Shown piece after piece: positions 58,200-64,000 of a DNA stretch of 64,000 nucleotides. Location: the NCBI RefSeq assembly GCF_902459465.1, contig NC_047070.1, positions 5,270,001 to 5,334,000 on the forward strand. The letters run 5' to 3'. Numbering within the stretch: position 1 is the stretch's first letter; every line of letters starts with the position of its first letter. Origin of the DNA: Asterias rubens. Its lineage: Eukaryota. The notes beneath the pieces are model-generated. The model worked only from the letters and a program-made list of their open reading frames with translations. It did no database searches and was not told where the DNA came from. The translations under genes and the position numbers were made by a program.

Positions 58200-60190
58200 C
58201 TGCAAAATCAAAAGAAATAAAGCATCAAACAAATTCAGACAATGTTTTAAAACATTTTTGGTGAATCTGAAGGGGAAAAAAAGTGAAAAAAATAAATAAA
58301 AATGATAACTTTTTGTAAAGGTCTGACATTTTATATTTTGGCACATTTAATATTACAGACAGATGGAATTTATGAAGGGAGGCAACAAACTCCCACAGGG
58401 TAGTGTACATTGTTTTTAAATTTTATTAGGTAGTGCGCATCTAGTTGCGATAACATAACCCTCCTTAAGGGTTAAGTTTATCGCAACTAGTGCGCATCTT
58501 GCTATCTTTAAGTAAATTATATTTTAGCCGGCAAACAGTGTGGATAACTTTCCGTATGGCGCCACCACTTTTTCACACATTTTTACAAAAAGGGAATCTC
58601 TTTGAGGTAAATTAGATACTATATTATTTCATATCGAAAGAAAAAGTGGTGGCGCCATACGGAAACTTTTCCAACAGTGTGTGCATGCAAGAACTTTATT
58701 AAATTATATCATAAGAGTTTTTCTTTCATATCGAAGTTGCCAAGACCATGGAGGATGCTTCCTCCATGCCAAGACTTTTTTCTCCCAACTCCGATTATTA
58801 TTACCAAGAGAAAAAAAAACTGCATTTCAACCAACGGTCTTCAAAGCCATTATACACTTTCGGTACAGAAAAAAAAAAAAAATTCACAGATTTACAAATA
58901 ATTTACAGGGTTAACAGAAAAGTTCACAGATTTACAAAAAATTTACAGGGTTTAGAAGGTAATGGTGAAAGACTTCTCTTGAAATATTGTTCCATGAAAT
59001 GCTTTACTTTTTGAGAAAACATTAAAACAATATAAATTCTCGTTAGCGAGAATTACGGATTTATTTTAAACACATGTCCTGACACGGCGAAACGCGCGGA
59101 AACAAGTATGGGTTTTCCCGTTATCTTCAGACTTCTCCCGACTCCGATGACCGATTGAACCTAAATTTTCACAGGTTTGTTATTTTATATATAAGTTGTG
59201 ATACACGAAATTTGTGGGACTTGGACAATACTGTTTACCGAAAGTGTATAATGGCTTTCAATGTTTTATTAACCTATAGTTATACTCAACTGATAAACAT
59301 GATAAATAAAAGATCTCCATGCTTTTCCGTTATTTTCATATTTGTTATTCAATTCAATTCACTTTATTTCCAAACCAATCAACCAGAGTAATATTTAACA
59401 AGCAAATGCAACAATGAATAAAACAAACATTTTCAAAAAAATACAAGCAAAGACAACCGTATCATAATATTAATATTAATAAGTAAAGTAGGCTAATATA
59501 ATAACAAAAACACATGGCCTGGGTGGAGAATTGGAGGGGCGGATAAAAATTCAATCTTCTTCTTCTTCCTTTAAAGTGCTGCTTCAGAAAATTCAATCTT
59601 CTTCTTCTTCCTTTAAAGTGCTGCTTCAGAAAATTTGAACATTACCGCACTGTGAAAACACAGCACTTCTTCTTAGCTCAAAGGACCGAGTCACAGATAT
59701 ATGTGTGTCACTCCTCAGACACTGCATCGCCAGAAAATATTAAATTATTCATTGAAATAATTGGAATTGCGACACAGATCAAAATCAAATGGAATATTAT
59801 TTTTAGTAAAATAAAAACACCAAACAATTTTTTTTACAAAACTTACCCTATTTTTAAATGAAACTCATCGATTTTGATGACCTGTGAAGAATTAGCAAAC
59901 CCCTAATGTAATCATTAATGCCATCTTATGAAAACTTGTGGAAATTTGTGTTAAAACAGTGCAATTTGTTGGGCCATGGGCCAAGCTGCTGCAGAAAAAT
60001 GAAACTCCAGGAAAACACAGACTCGCCCTCTCCCGTTGGGTCAAAGGTCGACAATGCGCACCAATACGCGTGCGCGCGTCTTGAAATTAAATGGGTTAAA
60101 GGTGAATGAACTTTACAAGTAAACATCAGTCTGTTTATGTGAGATAAACGTTCAGTGTTTGGAACACGTCTGGGGCTTAGACATAATGTC
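58200..60190. promoter_or_regulatory. Region containing the probable divergent promoter(s) of RAB24 and THG1L
   Basis: Head-to-head start codons about 2.3 kb apart; CpG-rich patch GCGCACCAATACGCGTGCGCGCGT (CCAAT and NRF1-like motifs) at about 60056-60079. TSS positions not determined. Confidence 0.4.
58547..58668. mobile_element. Short MITE with TTTCCGTATGGCGCCACCACTTTT termini; second copy 60442-60570
   Basis: TIR pair seen directly in both copies. Confidence 0.75.
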
Positions 60191-60286
60191 CACATGTGTT
60201 TCGTTTACATTTTTTTAAACACAGTTTACAAACATTTCAAACACCAGCCAGAACGCAGGGGGCTGCTGTTATCTAAGGTTTTGATT

Positions 60287-63189
60287 ATGGCCAACAGTAA
60301 ATTCGAGTATGTTCGTCAGTTTGAAGAAGTCGACAAGTTGCTTCCCAACACATGGATTGTCATGAGACTAGATGGAAGAGGTTTTCACAAGTAAATATAG
60401 CATGAAGGAATTTATTCCTCCCTGTATAAGATAGAATGGGGATCTTTCCGTATGGCGCCACCACTTTTTCACTCATTTTTACAAAAAGGGATATATCAAT
60501 CAGGTAAATAAGTTCCTATATTATTTTATATCGAATGAAAAAGTGGTGGCGCCATACGGAAACTTTTCCGATAAAATTTAGTAATGTAGAATATTTTACA
60601 TTGTCTTCAGTTTTATTCACTTGACTTGGTGGGTCTTTTTTGTGTCGAAATCTGTCAGCCTTTCTCCTTTTGTTTTAAATTATTTTACTTTGGTCATTTT
60701 AAACATGAAGCCTGGAGTGGAGGAATATCTGTTTGCCTTTGCTTAATTCAGTTTAAGTGTAATGTAGGTTTTGTAAATTTTTTTTTTTATCATTGTATGT
60801 AAATATAATTATTATTAATGATTAATATTTTGCTCAGAAATAAAGTCGGAGTCAACTTCTCTTTGCCTTAGCATGCTTACTTGCGATAATTGAAACCACT
60901 CTCAATCCTCCCGACAGCGTCTGAGATCTGGTCTGCGACCCGACCATTGGGAGGATGGAGGGTTTCGATTAACACAACATTCTTTGTCTCTGAAAATAAA
61001 ATTGCTTGTTTTTTTACCAAGTTGATTGCTCAACTACATTATCTTGGATCTTTAAATTGCAATAATCGTAACCTGTCCATGTTTTTCTTTGTTTGGGGTT
61101 TCCTTCTCTAAAACTCAGCATTTCATGAGCAGATCCTTTTTTTCTCCTGGATTGTTGGGTTGTACTTGTGAGTTAAATTTGTAAAATGTACACTTGTTTT
61201 GCTTCAATTGAACAGATTTGCAGACACACATGGCTTCCGTAAACCAAACGACACAAGAGGATTGTCCCTCATGAACTTCTGCGCTGAGTGCGTGATGGAA
61301 GAGTTTAAGGATGTCGTACTTGCCTATGGGCAGAGCGATGAATACAGCTTTGTGTTCAAGAGAGAGACAACACAGTTTAGCAGAAGGGCGAGGTAGCATA
61401 ATTATCTGGGCACAATTAATTTGATAGAGCTGCTTAAGCTGTTAAAGCAGAAAATATTGCTTAATAAATTCCTGCTTAGCAAAAATGAGCAGGATATCAG
61501 TTGCAAACTGCACTATATATAAATGGTATTTCGGCTGGTAACCAAATTCTGGTAAGCAAAATTTTCTGCTAGGCAATGTTACTGAATGAATAAATGTTAC
61601 TGAATGAAAGGTGTTTGATTATCCCTGGAGGAAGAAAAAAACCCAAGGGCCCTGTGAAAAAACCCTTGTGGCACAGGAGAAAACCAGCAAACAACTTCAC
61701 TCACATTATGGCCCAAGCAGGGAATCAAACCAGTTGATGAGAGGTGAGCCCTTTGTGCACCAGCCACCCATGCATTGTTTTGAGGCAAATAATCCTTTAA
61801 ACTAATATGGTCTTCTTTGTTTATTGCAGTAAACTAATGACCAACATGGTGTCTCTCTTCTCATCATCCTTTGTGTTCCATTGGAGGAAATATTTCCCCG
61901 ATCGGCAGCTTCTCTACCCCCCAGCCTTTGATGGTCGGATCGTCCTGTACCCAAGCAACCGAAACCTCAGAGACTACCTCAGCTGGAGGCAGGCAGACTG
62001 TAAGTCTGAGACAGAAAATACTTTGTGATGCAAATATTTCAAAAATTCGTACCAAAATTTTTCCGAGAACCCCTCCATCAATTTACCAATCTCAGGCCTG
62101 ATACTTCATGGAGGCAACGCAGGCCGTTGCCTCCATGCCCCTTGGTCATTGCCTTGGTGCCCTTGAAATGCTACAGTTGGAATTTACAATTTCCTCATAG
62201 GGTGCCCTTTACATTTTAAAAACGAAGCATACAGGCCTGAGAAGGATGGAGGGTTACAGTTATCACAATTGTTTCTTTTCAAGAACTATCACTTTAATAT
62301 CAGTCATCCACTGTGCAAAGTTTCAAATCCTACCGATTATCATTTTGATCATTATTATAGTTCCTTTAATTCAACTACAGGCCACATCAATAACTTGTAC
62401 AACACATGCTTCTGGAAGTTGGTCAATGACGGCGGACTGACAAAGAAACAAGGAGAGGAGAGACTAAGGGTTCGTGAAATTTGCAGCTTTTGCGCATTTA
62501 GAGGATTTTAAAACAGTGTTTGTTCCAACTTCATGATAAACCATTTTTAAACAGGCATCTAATCTCAGAACCATCTCTGCCCTCACAGGTACCCATTTTA
62601 CCCCAGGGTGGAGAGAAACAATTGTAGTAAAGTGTCTTGCTCATGGACACAAGTGTCACGACCAGGTTTCAAACCCACACTCTCGTGAGCAGAATCACAG
62701 GAGCTTGAGTTCGATGCTCTTATCCGCTCAGCTACGACACCCCAAATGTTTCAGCTGATCGGGGCAAAATTTCTGCTTAACGCTGATATCTGTGCCGTGA
62801 CCACCACCTTTAAATAATAATAATAATAATCGCCTTTTGCCAAAGAATACAAAGCGCTTGGTATTATTAATGCAAGGAGTGGGACAAAGTTTGAGACCTA
62901 ATCCTTAGCACCATGTAATGGTTTACAAGTTGCTGTGGCGCAATATGTTGCCAATCCAGCCAGGAAAACCATGGCAAACCCCTCTTCAGTTACTTTTTGT
63001 GCCTTGCCCCATTTCCTGTAGCTCGGCCAACACTGTCCCATTATTGAAGCCCATAATTCTGGTATTGTTTTGACCTTGCAGGGAACTTTCTCAAGTGATA
63101 AGAATGAACTGCTGTTCTCAGAGTTTGGAATCAACTACAACAATGAGCCGGAGTTGTACCGCAAAGGAAGTGTTCAGATATGGCAACCA
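60287..63189 (+). CDS. THG1L: tRNA(His) guanylyltransferase THG1-like, 5 exons visible, 3' end beyond the window
   Basis: Exons 60287-60390 (possible upstream in-frame ATG 60194), 61216-61392, 61830-61999, 62381-62469, 63082-63189. [84 protein letters not shown] are Thg1 hallmark motifs. Confidence 0.95.
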
Positions 63190-64000
63190 GTAAGTGAATA
63201 TTTAGATTGTACCTAAAGTTTGGTTGGGAATGCTAACTCTCCTACTCTGTGACCATTTAATATAATCTATAGTAGTACTGAATGACATGATTTAGGCCAG
63301 TTTGCAATGTGATGTCATGTGGTCAACCCTCCAATTGTCTGACCTTTCAATATCATCCACTGTGGTTTTGATGTGATGAATGCATTTACACAGAACACAA
63401 TCAACCCTCCCACTGCTTGACCTTTTACTGTCATCCACTGTGGTTTTGATTGAAATATAAGTTATGCCAGCCTCTACAATATGATAATAATGTGATGAAT
63501 GCATCTACAAAGAACAGTCAACCCTCTTTCTGTCTGACTATTCAGTATCATCCATTGTTGTTTACATGGATTACAGATAAACTATGCCAGCCTGCGGTAT
63601 GATATCAAGTGGTAAACAGTCAGTTCTGTGCATAGTTGTGCCACGTACACAATCCATGCAGTTGAGTCGTTTCAAACGCTTGAGCAACTCGCTGGAAATT
63701 ATTACCAAGAGGATGAAGATTAAAGTCGCTTGTGTTTTTGTTGTAGTCAACTAAAGTCTGTGTCATGGGCCCACTTTCAATGAGCTGCTCAAGCACAAAA
63801 AGTAGCTAAGCACAACAACAAAACTATACTTACAAGAACAAGGTTGCCAGCCAAAATTCAGTGTCTCATGTATAATCTGTGACTGGTACCCTGCTTGCTT
63901 TAGCAGAAAAACTTTAAGCAACATTTTCTGCTTTAAGCAGTTCTATGAAATAAATTGGGTCCTGATGTAGCACACCTTGCAATTTTTCTGGTTCAGTTTT

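Overview
Intron-rich eukaryotic DNA, most likely from a marine invertebrate (the repeat landscape suggests an echinoderm; this is inference). I reconstructed five spliced genes by hand from GT-AG sites and reading-frame phase: RCCD1 (+, 2549-7133, complete); two tandem paralogous multi-RRM RNA-binding protein genes on the - strand (gene A 11425-23585, 655 aa, 5 RRMs; gene B 26904-43905, 678 aa, 4 RRMs); RAB24 (-, 47536-57966, complete); and THG1L (+, from 60194/60287, running off the window), head-to-head with RAB24. The most unusual element is the RRM pair. Both have an acidic N-terminal exon, an array of hnRNP A1-RRM1-like domains mostly encoded one per symmetric phase-0 exon, a low-complexity tail built from in-frame phase-1 cassettes (RGG/W/P-rich in A, G/Q/N prion-like in B) and a C-terminal GRPY PY-NLS. 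I do not recognise this architecture as a named family. Introns and spacers carry many TTAA-flanked Kolobok-like MITEs, Harbinger-like MITEs, CAGG-ended elements with 6-bp target duplications, tRNA-derived SINEs, L2 3' ends, long palindromes and several tandem arrays, including a 6 x 89-bp array of tRNA-like SINE heads. No rRNA, true tRNA gene or CRISPR array is supported.
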